NCBI GenBank assembly: GCA_031835245.2
Contig: JAVKOQ020000013.1
Location: forward strand, 372,001-416,077
Direction of reading: 5' to 3'
DNA length: 44,077 nt
DNA from: Balamuthia mandrillaris
Taxonomy: Eukaryota
This document shows, in pieces, positions 31,151-44,077 of the stretch (its first letter is position 1; each line of letters starts with the position of its first letter). The notes below the pieces were generated by a model that worked only from the letters and a program-made list of their open reading frames with translations, searched no databases and was not told the DNA's origin. A program made the translations under genes and the position numbers.

Positions 31151-34100
31151 ATGAGGACGCAGCGGTACCGTGTGTTGTGGCTACGGCAGCACCACGATTC
31201 GTATGCTGGAGGCAGGCTTGCCATTTCTTTCCCTCCTCCGCAAAGCCGGCCACTGTTGCTCGCGGCTCGCAGCCACCATTCCTCCTCTTCCTCAGCTTTG
31301 CCGCTCTGCCACACCTCCTCTAGTACCCCCTTCAGGCAAGCGCTTTTTCGTTCCCGCCTGTCTCCTTCCACATGGGTAGCCTACTGCTCTCCTCCGTCAA
31401 CGCGAAACGGGGTGGCAGGCCAGTTTCGTCGTGCCGCCACTCTTGCGGAAGAAAATCAGCCTACCCAAGCGGCCCTCCAGCAAGAACTCTCAAAACTGTC
31501 CGAGCTCCGCGACCAACGACAGATCTACGCAACTGTCGATCGGTTCCTATCGCTGCCCTCCTCTTCACCCATCCTGCAGAACATAGACACCTTTACTACC
31601 CTGATGCGTGTCTGTAGCAACGCGAACCACACGGAACAAGCCACTTCTACTTTCCTCAAGTTGCAAGAGTGTGGCCATGCCCCTACTCTTCCCCTTTTCA
31701 ACTTTTACCTCAGGAACCTCAGCCGAAACAAGGACTTGAACGGTTTGTTTATTCTTTTTCTTTATGTTTGTTTGTTGTTTGTTTGTTTTTTCTTTTTTGG
31801 TTCTCTCCCTCTCTCCCTCTCTCGCTGAATCTATTTTGCAAGTGACTGACTGCTCCTTTGTTGACATGATTTGGGGCACTGTGTGGGTCCTCCCGTTACT
31901 TGAATTGAAAACAGGAGCGCTGCGATTGTTGGATATGATGCAGCACGAGTACAAAATGCTACCAAACTCAGTATCTTTGAACTATATATTATCTTGCCTA
32001 TATTTCTGTTTGCGTACGCATGAAGTTCAAGCACCCAGTGTCTACGACCATTTTAACATTAACGGAGGGGTTAACAAAAAGCTCCTCTTGGCCTTTGAAC
32101 TGTTTAACGACATGGTCACCGACAAGTAAGATTATTATATCCTTCTGTTTGTGTTCCGTTCTCGTTCTCGTTCTCGTTCTCGTTCTCGTTCTCGTTCTCG
32201 TTCTCGTTCTCGTTCTCGTTCTCGTTCTCGTTCTCGTTCTCGTTCTCGTTCTCGTTCTCGTTCTCGTTCTCGTTCTCGTTCTCGTTCTCGTTCTCGTTCT
32301 CGTTCTCGTTCTCGTTCTCGTTCTCGTTCTCGTTCTCGTTCTCCTCTCTCTCGCCCTCTCTAACGTAAATGCTTGTGAAGATACGGAGAAGCAGGAAAAC
32401 CAAATGCCTACACCTACTATCTAATGCAAAAGGTTTATATATATATATGTCTTTCACTCTTGTATTTAGATTTTTCATGCTAACTTCTTCTTCCAGATTT
32501 CACAGGAGGTAGGCAGTGAGGGTGCTCTTCTCTTCTTTTGGCGAGAGCGGGCCAAGTTATTTCCTATCAACGCCAAAGACTTTGCTAAGTTGCTGATGGA
32601 TATAATGGACTGTAGCGGAGGGTTGAGTGTCAATGCGGTGATGGAGTTAGTGGAGCTGTTGTCTCAAATGACTCCAAAAGGAGGTTACGATGAGAAAGGA
32701 AAGGCAGAAGAGAAAGATGAAAAATTGACAAAGTACGAAAAACTATTGGAGTTGAACAGATACGACATGGAGTTGATGTTGCACGATGTGAACGAGCCCG
32801 CAATAGCAGAACTGTGGCGGCGTTTAATTCTCAAGTGTGCAGCCCTTGCGGACTTTGAGAAAGCGCTTCATCTCTTCAGGACGGCACGAGCCAAAGACCT
32901 GCTCACCCCCGCCAGCAATCTCTACATTGACCTTCTTAGCGTCTACTCTTATTGCACGGAAGTCCTCTCTCTCAAGTATCAGACGTTAGACAACATGCAT
33001 CAACGCGCTTTGATCATGGAAAACGCCCTTTCCATTCCTCTATCTGAGCTACAATCGCTTAAAGACGAACAGGAAACCAGTGACCTGTTTCTGGAAGGGC
33101 ATGAAGATATTACTGCTCTGGACTTGCTAAATGACCTAGAGGTCCTGCGTCGGCGTGAATTAAGTCGTTCTACAGCGATGGACGATAACCACGCCCAACA
33201 CGGCAGAGAAACAGTGCGAGAAGATATGGATAGCCTGTTGGTCACGGCTCAACGGTCACAAGCCTGGGCTGACAAGCTCGCTGATGAATTGCTTCGTAAC
33301 TTTCATCAAGTTGTGGAAGGAGAAGGAAACGGAGTGGAGGCTATCAAGCGGTTGTTTCATCTTGCGGTCTCAACCCATCAACCTTCCTCCTCTCCCGAAC
33401 AGGAAGAGTTGTGGAAAAACAGGCTCTTCGGCAGCCTTCTCCACAGCTTGGTTCACAACAAGATGACCAGCAAAGCGGTGCAAGTACTCAATTGGATGGA
33501 GGAAGCTAACTTTGCACCTACCGCAAATATGTACTCAGCAGTCATGAAAGGTTTCGCCCGAATCGGAGACTGGGACAATATTGTCACCCTTTACAATCGT
33601 ATGGTGGAGCGAGGATGTCAGCTGAATCACACTGTTTATGGCCAACTCTATGAGTACGTGTTCCTTCCCTTCGTGCTACGTTTTCCACTCTAGTTGTGTG
33701 TACTCTCGGTTTTCTGTGCGTTCTCGTTTTGCTTCGGTCGTTCCCTTGTTCACTGCTTATCTGTTTCTCTTCCATCTTCTCGCTTTCTCTTCTTTTCTCT
33801 TTTTTGAAGATCCTTCCTTCTCTTTCTCCCACCCATTTTCTCACTGTGCTTATCCAACACAGCGCTTTAGGTGTGCATTGCGATCTGAAGCGCCAGCAAG
33901 CCGAGTTTAAAGTTAGGCAGCAGCCCACTGTTTTAGAACAGCTGACTTCGCACATCGCCAACAATCCAAATATGACGCCAGTGAGTGTCAAACACAAGTA
34001 TAAGGAACTTGAGGCTAATGTAAGACATAGTCTCCCATCTCTTTCTCGTTCTCTCTTTTCGCTTCTCTCGTCCTCTCGCTCTCATTAGTTATCTTCTTTA

Positions 34101-35996
34101 TTCACATTCTTACTCTTGTTTAGAGAGCAGAAGCTTATACCAAGACTGTTGATGACATACTGGCAGAGCAAAAGCCAAAATTTTTGTTCATAGGAGAAGA
34201 GATGAACAAGCATGGAGTAAAACATTCTCTTTACTCGCTTCATAAGTTAATTCAAGCTCTAGGCAAAACTCATCAAGCGAGGCAAGCCATCTCTTTGATC
34301 GAGATGATGCTAGTTGGTAATGTCAAAGGTATACCCACCTGGTCTGATGAGTACGGCCTCCATCCCATCCTTCCGTTCCGTGACATACGAAAAGAATCAA
34401 ATGCAGAACAAGTCACCGTTGACCACCTGCTCAAAATAAGGTACGTTTAGCAGTGATTAGACAACACAAAGCAGAGAGAGAGAGAGAGAGAGAGGAGAGG
34501 AGAGGAGAGGAGAGGGAGAGAGATAAGGATAATGCACAAAGCACAACAAAAAAAAAAATAAATGAAAGTGGTGTCAAAGAAGCTAATGTCATTTTTTTTC
34601 TTCTCTGATCAGCACAAAGCTGCCAAGGGACTTACTCGCTCGCCGTTTTAAAGAAAATACAGAGCAAGCACTTCCACTTTATCCTAACACACTCACTTTT
34701 AACATATTGCTGAACGCACTGAACACTCATCCTACTCTGGATACGCTTAATGAAGTCGACAAAGTGACAAAGCTCATGCGAAATGCAGGGAAAACAATGG
34801 AACTACCCTTCGATAATTTCACATTCAACGAGGTACCTTATCTTCTAATTGCTTATTTTTTTTCTTGCTAACACTTGCTGAGCTTTGTTTTGCTTCCCTT
34901 CCTTGTTTTGGTTTTAATGCTTTGCACTCAGATATTGGTGGCACATGCGGACCGGTATAGTTTCACCAGACAGGAGGATCAAAGAGCAGCAATCCTGGAC
35001 TCGGCCTTGGCGACTTACATGAAGATGAAGAAGAAGAAGCTAAAACCAGACGGCGTGACCATAGGTATCCTCTTCAGATTTGTAGGATCGCGGAGCAGAG
35101 GCATGTACCGAAGGTATTCTCCACTGGCAATAGCGGCCTACATGGGACGCAAAAAAGCGTTGCATGAAGCCCGAAGCAAGCAATCAGACCTTTCTCTGCC
35201 TGTCGAGGAGGAGGAAGAGAAGCTACTGCAGCAAAACGGGATGCTGATGAAGGAGGATACTGGGTCGGATGTGGCACAGCTACTGGACGACCAGCTCACA
35301 CTGGAGTCGGAAATGGATTTCGCTGAGTTGGACACGTTGCTGGACATAAACGAGGCTGGACCTTCAGCCACACTTCTACCGACGTCTAAAGAGGCGGAGC
35401 ACGACCCAAACGAGTATGAACGACTTGAAAAATTCATATGGGAGGAAGTGACAAACTACAGTTTGGCCGGCAAGCCAGAATTTGAGACTGTTTGGTACAA
35501 CACCCTCGTGAGGCAACTCAGCCACGTGAACCTCGACCGTGCCTTACGTTACTACCAAGAGGCCCGGAGCAAAGGCTACCTTCTCAACATCAACTACATT
35601 TCGTTTTGGAACCTTGGCCTTGGCCTGTTAAACGAGGACGACTTGCCCCGCTTCTTGCGGTTGTTCCAGGACTTTGCTACGGTCTACCCTCATTCCCTCT
35701 CTCTCTTTGAGCACTTGGCCACCCGGTGGTATTACTTTATGGGCGGCCACACAAAGCAACACCTCGTGGTACAAGCTAGCCACATGACCGCCATCCAATC
35801 GAGCCAAGCTTGTCAGGGCTTGGTCAGCTTCATCCTTCACCTCTATCAAGAGCCTCTTTCCCCGCCTATCTCCCTCGCCAACAAACAACGCACCACCACC
35901 AGCAGCAGCGACGACAACCACCACCAGGAGGAAGGCAGTCGCAGGAGAGAGGACATGAGAAGGGGTAGCCGTAGGCGAGATCAATTTAATTTTTAG
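31151..35996 (+). CDS. Pentatricopeptide repeat (PPR) protein, probably mitochondrial, multi-exon
   Basis: R/S/L-rich, acid-poor N-terminus. PPR-like motifs: TFTTLMRVC..ECGHAPTLPLFNFYL, MLPNSVSLNYIL, MEEANFAPTANMYSAVMKGFARIGDWD..MVERGCQLNHTVYGQL, YPNTLTFNILLNA, MKKKKLKPDGVTIGIL. Confidence 0.8.
32157..32343. repeat. Perfect intronic (CGTTCT)n hexanucleotide microsatellite, about 30 copies
   Basis: Directly visible, inside the PPR gene intron that begins GTAAGA at ~32126. Confidence 0.95.
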
Positions 35997-36273
35997 TCGA
36001 CTTTCATTTCTTTTTCCTTTTTATTTATTTATTTATGCGACGAAGCGGTGGTGGTGCTCTCTTCGTCGGCAAAAAAAAAAACCGGTCGACCGTTGTGGTT
36101 GAGTTTGTTAGGGGAGGACTCGTTTAGGGGGGGCAAAAGAAAAAGTAGCAGTCGTGCACAGCGGAAGGGAAGGGAAGGGAAGGGAACGGAAGGGAAGGGA
36201 AGGAAGTTGAAACAGGAAGAAGAAGAAGAAGAAGAAAGAAAAGCACGTCGTCTCTGAGCCCCAGAGGACAGAC

Positions 36274-39200
36274 ATGACAGAAATTAAGGCCCACGAAGCG
36301 GCCTACAAGGGAGAGCTTGCGGCTCTCAAGGAAGTCGTCACCGACTATTACACCGCTAACCAACGCGACGCTGCTGGCAACTGTCCACTTCATTATCTTG
36401 CTCAGGTACTACGATCGTGTTTTTTTTTTCTACTTTTCATGGATCAAGTTTTTTCCCCTTTTTCTTCCATAAGTGACCACATTAACATTCATTCTTGTCT
36501 AATCTTTTTTTTTTGGGGTGGGGGCATTTTATTTTATGGGAAACAAATAGGGAGAAGGAGACGCAGAGTGCTTGCAACACTTGCTGGCTTGTGGGGCTGA
36601 GGTCAACATTGTGAATTGCAAGGGCTACAGCCCTCTACACAACGCGGCCTTCTGTGGGAACTATCATTGTGCGGAAGTGCTGGTGGCGCATGGAGCGGAT
36701 GTGAACCTGCTGGACAGGACTCATTCCTCCCCTTTGCACTACGCTTGTTTGTTGGGCGACCTCATTCTTGCTCATCAGCAGCAACAAAAACAAAAGGAAA
36801 AACAAAAACAAAAGCAAGAGGAAGAGGAAAGAGAAAAAGAGAAAAGCGCCAAGGAAAAGGCCAGCGCAGCCTCAAGCCAAGAGAAGGAGAAGGCGCAAAG
36901 CGAAGCTGCTTTAGGCAAAGGAGGTTTGGTACGCTTGCTGTTGGAGAATGGGGCCAGAGCAAACATACGGTGCGAGGGGGGTGCCACACCGTTACATTAC
37001 GCCGCTGTCTCAGGTTTGTTTCTCGTTCGTGCCTTTCTGGCCCCCTTTTTTCTAATGTTGCGAACCTTCTACCACCTCTATTTTTTTGTTCATGATAATA
37101 CAGGTAACGCGGAGGCGTGCGAGTATCTAATTCGGTGCGGAGCAAACGTCAACGCCACAGATTACGAGCGAACAACTCCTCTTCACAGGGCTGCTGGCAA
37201 AAGCAGCGAATGTTGTCGGATATTGCTGGAAAATGGCGCCAACTCGCAGCTGATCGACGTGGACGAGTCCACCGCTCTGCACCATGCTGGAGAGAGTGGA
37301 GATGGAGCAACGGTGGCGTTGCTGCTAGAGAAAGGCAAGATCCCCATTCACGCCAAGAACTGCGAGGCGGCCACTCCACTGCATGTAGCAGCCTTTCACG
37401 GCAACGTAAGCGCCCTAAAGAGCCTTTTGGAACACGGGGCGTCCTTCTTGGAGACGGATAGTAAGGGCACTACCCCTCTCATGAATGCCACATGGAACGG
37501 CCATCTCTCGTGCGTGGAGGCTCTGTTGGAAACTCTGGCGCAAGGGGAAGCTAAGAGCTATTGCAACATCCAAGATCTGTCGGGAGCTTCCGCCCTCCAC
37601 AAGGCTTGTTACAGAGGACACCCCAAGCTGGTCGAGTACCTTTGCAGCAAACAGGCCAAGCTTGGGTTGAAGGACAAGGAAGGAGCGCTGCCCATGCACA
37701 AGGCCGCCTACAATGGCCACATCGACTGCATTGAGGTGCTGCTTCGTTACTTGAAGGAGGCTTCCTCTTCCGCTTCTTCGAGCAGCAAAAACAAAAGTAA
37801 AACTGAGTCTGCCGATAATGGAATCAACTGTCGTGACGGTCATGGTAGCACTCCTCTCCACAAGGCTGCTCTGCGCGGGCAGATCAAGTGCGTTGAGTTC
37901 CTATTGAGCAATGGAGCGGACTGGAAGCTGCGAGATAAGCAAGGAGGCACCGCCCTCCACAACGCAGTTCAAAGTGGCGATCTCGAATGTGTGCAGCTGT
38001 TTGTTAAGGACATGCCAACGGTAGAGTGGAGAAAAGAAAAGAAAGACCTGGAAGAAGAGCAAAAAGAAGCAAAGCAACCACCACCAACGGAAATCCCCAA
38101 CGACGGCGTCAACGTTGTGGACGAGGGATACTACAGCCCATTGCACGTTGCTGCTTGCATCGGCTCTGCTGATATTGCTGTCGCTTTGTTAGACCATGGT
38201 GCGGTTGTGGATCGAAAGAACGCCCACGGTCGCACGCCATTGTACTATGCTGTTCGTGGAGGACATGAGGTAATAAGGACAAGGCGCTATTTTTATTTTT
38301 ATTTTTTTTTTCTCTTTGAAACTCTCGCTTCACCTTTTTGACGATCTTGCTTTTATCATTTTAGGATATTGCTCGTTTGCTCATCGTAAATGGTTGGGCA
38401 GATGTAAACGTTCAAGATGATACTGGTCGTTTCATCATCGATTTACACATGTATTATGGTCGCTCGTTGACGCCTGAGCTGCTGCTTGCTCTGGTGCACG
38501 AAAGGTTTGAAACAAACTTTTGCTAACCTTTTTTTGTATGATGACGTTTTAGGCTGTCTTATGCTTAATAATGTAACAATAGGGAACATCCTGTGGCGGA
38601 AAGATTGGATATCGAGGCCCTTACGCCAGAGCAGAGAAAGATCTTGACCGAGGGCATCACCCTATTTAACCAAAAGCCAAAAAAAGGCATCGAGCATTTG
38701 GTCAAAGAGAAGCTCATCGCCGATTCACCTAGTAGCTTGGCTCACTTTTTGTTTACAACGCCAAACCTAGACCCAACTCAAGTTGGCGAATACATGTCCG
38801 ATGGGTGCCGTATTCTTGACAAGCAACTTTGTACCATTTTTGACTTTTGTTTCAACTTACTTTGTCACCATTCTTTTGTTCAGAGACGAGAAGAATGCCT
38901 CTATATTGGCTGCTTATTGTGAGCTTTACGATTTTCACGGTCTTCCTTTTGTTACAGCGATCAGGTCAGATTTCAGCACACCTTCTCTTTGTTTGGTGAA
39001 ACTAACAAACGAATTTGTTGCATAAACACTTGAGCAGACGGTTTCTATCTTCCAGTTTCATGTTGCCCGGTGAAGCCCAGAAAATTGATCGAGTCATGGA
39101 GGCCTTTGCAAAACGCTACTATCAAACCAATCCCAGCAGCTGCTTCCGCAATGCAGGTAGGAGAAAGGAGAGAGAGAGAGAGAATCGAGGGGGAAAAAAT

Positions 39201-41094
39201 AATTTAGTATGATTTTCTAAATTCACAACGAAACGAACAGATGCCGCTTTTGTGTTGGCGTTCGCCACGATCATGCTCAACACGGACGCCCACTCAGAGG
39301 CAGTTAAGAACAAGATGACGTGCGAACAATTTATCAACAGTTTGAAAGGCATCAACGATGGAACCGATCTAGAAAAGGACTTTGTAATCCAGATCTATCG
39401 CAATGTTGTCGATGATGAGATCAGAATGAAGAACGACGATGTTCCTTGGGCGAATGCGGAACACTACAGCTGGATGATGAAACAAGGCGGTCGGAGAAAG
39501 AATTGGAGAAGCCGTTGGGTAGTTCTCAAAGACAATTGCCTCTTCTACTTCAAGAAGAAAGGAGATAAGGAACCTGTTGGCATGATACCGCTTGAAGACT
39601 TGGGTAACTTCCTTTATTCCATCTTCTGTCTTCAGTTCGATAGATTCCAAGCTCTCTTTGACACTCCTTTTTCATGGAAACAATAATTGTTTGCCACACA
39701 GCTGTAACCAAAAAATTTGGCAAGCGCAAGCACCGATATTGCATTTGCTTGCGACATAATGACCCACGTAAACGAGTCAAATCATGCCGCTTCGATGCAG
39801 GCAAGAAGGGTACCTACCGTTATGAACCTTATGAAAATTTGAAGCGCCGCAGACATTGACAAAGTTTCTCTGGCGCCATTCATTTCTCATCATAGGAGCA
39901 TCCTCACGCCAAGGCAATCACGAGTTTTTATTACTGGCAGTGCAAACAAAAGAAGAGTTGGAGGCTTGGTACAACGTCATCCAAAAGAACGTACAACGGA
40001 ATCCAAGTAGCTTTTTAGCAGCCTCTCCACCCTATTCCAAACACGAAACTCCCCCAAAGATAGACAAAAAGATCGAGAAAACCAACTCAAACCAAAACCT
40101 CAGCTCTAACTCCCTCTCCTCCTCCGGTTCTCCTTCCTCGATTGCTGGAGACGAAAAGAAAAACCAACCCTCTGTCAACCGAATGCGAAAGCGAACAGCA
40201 AACGGCAGCATAGGCAGGAAAAAAGGCGGCCAAGCGGCCGAACTCATCGCTTCTCAAGGAGAGGGCGAGGGTCAAATGAGCAGCCAGTTACCTGGTGCAC
40301 CTCCCTCCAAAAACATGAGCGTCAAACGACCGTCTGTTGTATCGAATCCTACAATGCCTACCCCACAAAAGAGACCCTCGATGGAGGCAACCAGACGCTC
40401 CACTCTCAAAGGCGCATCCTTACACGGCGACTCCCCTGATCCTCCAAAGGTTTCCACCCCCGAAACCCTTCGTTTGTCCGCTGGAACAGGTATTTGCCAA
40501 TTACCATTTGCCATTTATTGTTAAAGCTTTCAATTGACTCAATCAAAAAAAAAAAAACCATTAAAACTTACAGGCAGCCCACTGACAAGAACGAAGAGTG
40601 GTAACTTTACCGACACAGACAAGAGCCATGCCGTAGGTTCTGACGGGTCGAGGCACGCCTCTGATGCTGACCTAGGAGCCCTTAGCAATGAAGCGGCCAA
40701 GTTCGTTGCAGGACAACGCAAAGGTAATCACATACTCCACAAATAACCAATTTTATATTTTGTTCTCATGATTTCTTGGTGGTTGGATTCTATTTCAGCC
40801 TTCAAAGGTGGAAGCATGATAGGTTCTCGTGGCACAATTCATGGAGACCGACCGCCAATCATTCCCTCCCCTCTTTCTACATCACCCTCACATTCCTCGT
40901 TAGGCTCTCATGAGTTTCTTGGCGGAAGCGTTCCTGGTTTGTTTTAAACTTTATGGCTCCATTTGACTCTGATTTTGACTCAATTTCTTTTTCCGTTTGT
41001 TTTTTCTTGCTTTGGATGATAGAAGACAGTCCTAGAGATGACTCTGAAGGTGCTAGATGTTCGTATTTCTCTTATTCCTCCTTCTCTCTCTCTT

Positions 41095-41131
<37 letters not shown>

Positions 41132-41422
41132 CAACTGTAAATGTCAAGTAACAAACCAAAAATCTTAACAGCACGAATAAGAGTGGGAACAAGGGAGATA
41201 AGACCAGTCGCCCGTGCAGGAAAGGCCATACCAAAAGGCTCCCAAAGTTTGCGTGGTCATGCTGTCAAGTCTCCTCTGTCAGGCAGCCGAGAATGGGATG
41301 GCTCATCTGGCTCTCCGCCAAACGAGCAGCTGGATGCCGTAGCCGCTGCTGCCAGTTTATCCAGGGAAGCAAGCTGGAGGAACATTGCTGCCGAACTTAA
41401 GTCCAGCCAAGAGGGAAAGTGA
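36274..41422 (+). CDS. secG: Ankyrin repeat + Sec7 + PH domain ARF guanine-nucleotide exchange factor (Dictyostelium SecG-like), about 13 introns
   Basis: Many canonical ankyrin repeats (TPLHxAA); Sec7 motifs FNQKPKKGIEHL, FMLPGEAQKIDR (glutamate finger) and AFATIMLNTDAH; PH domain WMMKQGGRRKNWRSRWVVLKDNCLFYFK...EELEAWYNVI; S/P-rich tail. Stop TGA at 41420-41422. Confidence 0.88.
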
Positions 41423-41666
41423 CTCTATTCATATATATATTATGTAGCAGTATTTCCATGCACCCAACACCAAAATGCTTTTTGTGAAAGTTTTGTTTTG
41501 TTTTGTGGCAACAAGACCATACAAGCTTTGTTCTTCTAGGGTCGTCATTTTCCCGGTCAGCCCGGATCCCGCGCAGGAGAAGCTGGAAAAGGAAAGAAAT
41601 TAATAAATAAATTTATTTATTTTGAGCGCCAAAGGTACCTAGGCGGGGAAGCAGGCGGTCGTACGG

Positions 41667-42987
41667 ATGACGGTAACTGCTAGCAAGGTCTCGTTTTGGT
41701 GGACAGCGGTATGGCTGCTGTGCTGCTGGAGCGCATTGAGTGGTTTGCGTTTTTCCTCTGCCTCCTCTTCGGCAGAGTGCACTCGCCTTTACTTGTTTGA
41801 GGTGACACAAGAGGATAACAGGGAGAAGCTTGTCTCCCTCACCCTCCAGCAGGAAGGCTGGTTCGTGGAACTTGGCACACAGCTTTTGGTGTGCACGCCG
41901 CACAACGAAGAGCAGTTTGCTTTGTTGCAACCAAAGAGGGTAGTGGAGCATGTACCCGAAAACGCCCTTTTGTTGATGAAGCGCAGCCACTCTCATCACT
42001 CCAGCTCTTCTTATCTTTTGGAAAGAGATGACGTAAGCGAGTGTATCGATGCCAACTCTATCGACACAACAGATATCGAGTTGCTGGCAACGGCCTCTGG
42101 CTTTGCTGTGGGACGATGGGCAAGCGATTCAACCCACCACAGGACCCGAGGTCGTTGCTCTCAACAGCCTTTCTTCTATCAGCAGGAAGTCTTCAATGAG
42201 AACGAGATGCCCTCTGGTCACGCAAGGCGGTGGCTGGTGGAGGCTGTCGTCCCAAAATGGCGCAACACTTCCCCTGTTGTGCGTTACTTTGGGCGCAACC
42301 GGCCTTGTCACTCTTCATTGCAGAGAGCTCAAAGTGGTGAGGACAAGTACCACCAGCTGGCACAGGACCTGCTTCGGCAGTTGGATATCAATAGGTGGTT
42401 TGCAGATGTACAAACTTTTTCCGCCTGGAATAGGTTGGCTAGCTTTTCTGGCTTTCTTTCTTTTCTTTTCTTTTCTTTTCTTTTCTTTTCTTTTCTTTTC
42501 TTTTCTTTTCTTTTTTTTTTACCTCTGAGTGCCTCTCTGTACCCTCCGTCTTGCCTAGATACACCTACGGAGAAGACATTAACGAAGCACAGGCGTGGTT
42601 GCAAAAGGAGTTGGACAAGCTTCCAGGAATCAAAGTTACCACACAGGTTTATCTTTACATATTTTTTGCTTCTGTATTTTTCTTTGTAAATCTTATGTTT
42701 CTCCAACTATCAAGTCATTCAAGATGCCGGACTCCAGCCTAGCATTCAATGTAATAGGTACCCTTGAAGGCAACTCTGATGATGATATATACATAGTAGG
42801 AGCACACTATGACTCCACAAACTATGACACTGATCCTTTTGAGGAATCCCCAGGCGCTGTTGGTAATGCTTTTTCCAGTTTTTTGTTTATTTTTAACTGA
42901 TGAATGGAGTTACAAGATAATGCTTCTGGAACGGCCTCTGTGCTGGAGATTGCTCGACTTTTCTCTGCAGCAGGTCCATTTGATGTT

Positions 42988-43024
<37 letters not shown>

Positions 43025-43922
43025 CTTGCATGCACATCCCTGTGTTTTTTGTCTATTTTTATTTTGTTACTAAAACTTTTGGTCCCACAGGCCACAATTA
43101 TATTTATTCTTTTCTCTGGTGAGGAGCAAGACTTGTATGGGAGCAAGGCTCATGCCACCAAAATGGTCAAAGACGGGCTGGATGATAGGATTCGTTTTGT
43201 GGTGCGTCAATTCTGTCTCTTTTTATATAGAAAGGGTTCCTCTTGAAGGGCTAATAAACATTGGATGGCAGCTCACAATGGATATGGTTGGCTATACTTC
43301 ACAAGATGGAAATTATTCTGTATTGCTTGAATCAAAGCAAGTTTTCAGTGAGCTGGTTGAGCTTTTCAGCACAGCTAGTATTGATTATAGCAAGTATGGT
43401 CTCTTTTTTCTTGTTTTTCTTTGTTTAAGAATGTTAAAATGCTTATGATTGCTCCTGGTAAGTTTAATGACCTTTATTTCGTTTAACCCATTTGGTTCAG
43501 GTATAGTACAAATTTTATACAAGGCTTTTTTGATATATTGACTTTTCTTTTGTTTTTCTTTACAGATCATGTGCCTTATCTTAACAATGATATTCCTACT
43601 TTATTAACAATTGATAATGGTATGTAAATAGGTTTTTGACTTTGCTTTGTTGGTTAATCATTTTGTATTTGCTTTAGATTGGGATATATATCCAAACTAT
43701 CACACAGGAGAAGATTTACCCTCCAATATAGATCTTAATCAAGCAAAAGCCATTCTACAAATGAATATTGCAGCATTGGCAAAGGCAGTAAATGAAAATA
43801 GTGAAACTTATTCCACTTCCACTTCCACTTCTGCTTCTATTGATTCTTCAACTAGTGCTCATACTATAGATTCATCTTGTTCACATGTACAACCTTTGTT
43901 ATTATTCACACAAATATTATGA
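41667..43922 (+). CDS. Secreted M28 family zinc aminopeptidase, multi-exon
   Basis: Signal peptide; metal-ligand motifs GAHYDS, DNASGTASVLEIAR, FSGEEQ, TMDMVGY, GSDH (formed across a splice) and NYHT; Ser/Thr-rich tail with a hydrophobic end. Stop TGA at 43920-43922. Confidence 0.88.
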
Positions 43923-44077
43923 GTTTGAATATTATAATATTTTTAATGAGTTTGAGTTGGTGTAAAATAAAAAACACGTTCTAAACTAAAAAGGGCACCC
44001 CTTTTTGAAAAATAATTATTGTCTCAGAATTGATAAACAATACGACATACTTGACCTGCTTCAAACTGAGCAAGTGC

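Noticed and set aside
32151..32363. ORF encoding an (RS)n 'SR-protein-like' peptide, and the LV/EN repeats in other frames
   Set aside because: It is a translation of the intronic CGTTCT microsatellite inside the PPR gene, with no RRM or independent gene structure.

Overview
This is a eukaryotic, intron-rich and very gene-dense window. It is most consistent with a free-living amoebozoan of the Acanthamoeba/Balamuthia type; this is inferred from gene content (a SecG-like ankyrin-Sec7-PH gene, a long Lmp-type CD36 protein, 'WARENGCPW' ankyrin repeats) and from intron style. I can support 16 protein-coding loci: the 3' end of a TMPPE/YkuE-like metallophosphoesterase, Furry/Tao3/Mor2, a sulfotransferase, an F-box/ankyrin gene broken by a micro-inversion, a TKL-like pseudokinase, an intronless chimeric protein, GPATCH11, an SLC35F-like transporter, a CD36/LIMP-2 receptor, a small membrane protein, a dual-specificity phosphatase, an ADAM/reprolysin metalloprotease, an RlmM/FtsJ-like methyltransferase, a PPR protein, a SecG-like ARF-GEF and an M28 peptidase. 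The most unusual part is the 12.4-16.7 kb block of three tightly packed genes, two of them intronless, that all carry full or partial cullin-ligase adaptor motifs. Exon boundaries were placed by eye from GT...AG and frame continuity and are approximate. No tRNA, rRNA, CRISPR array or transposon was recognised.
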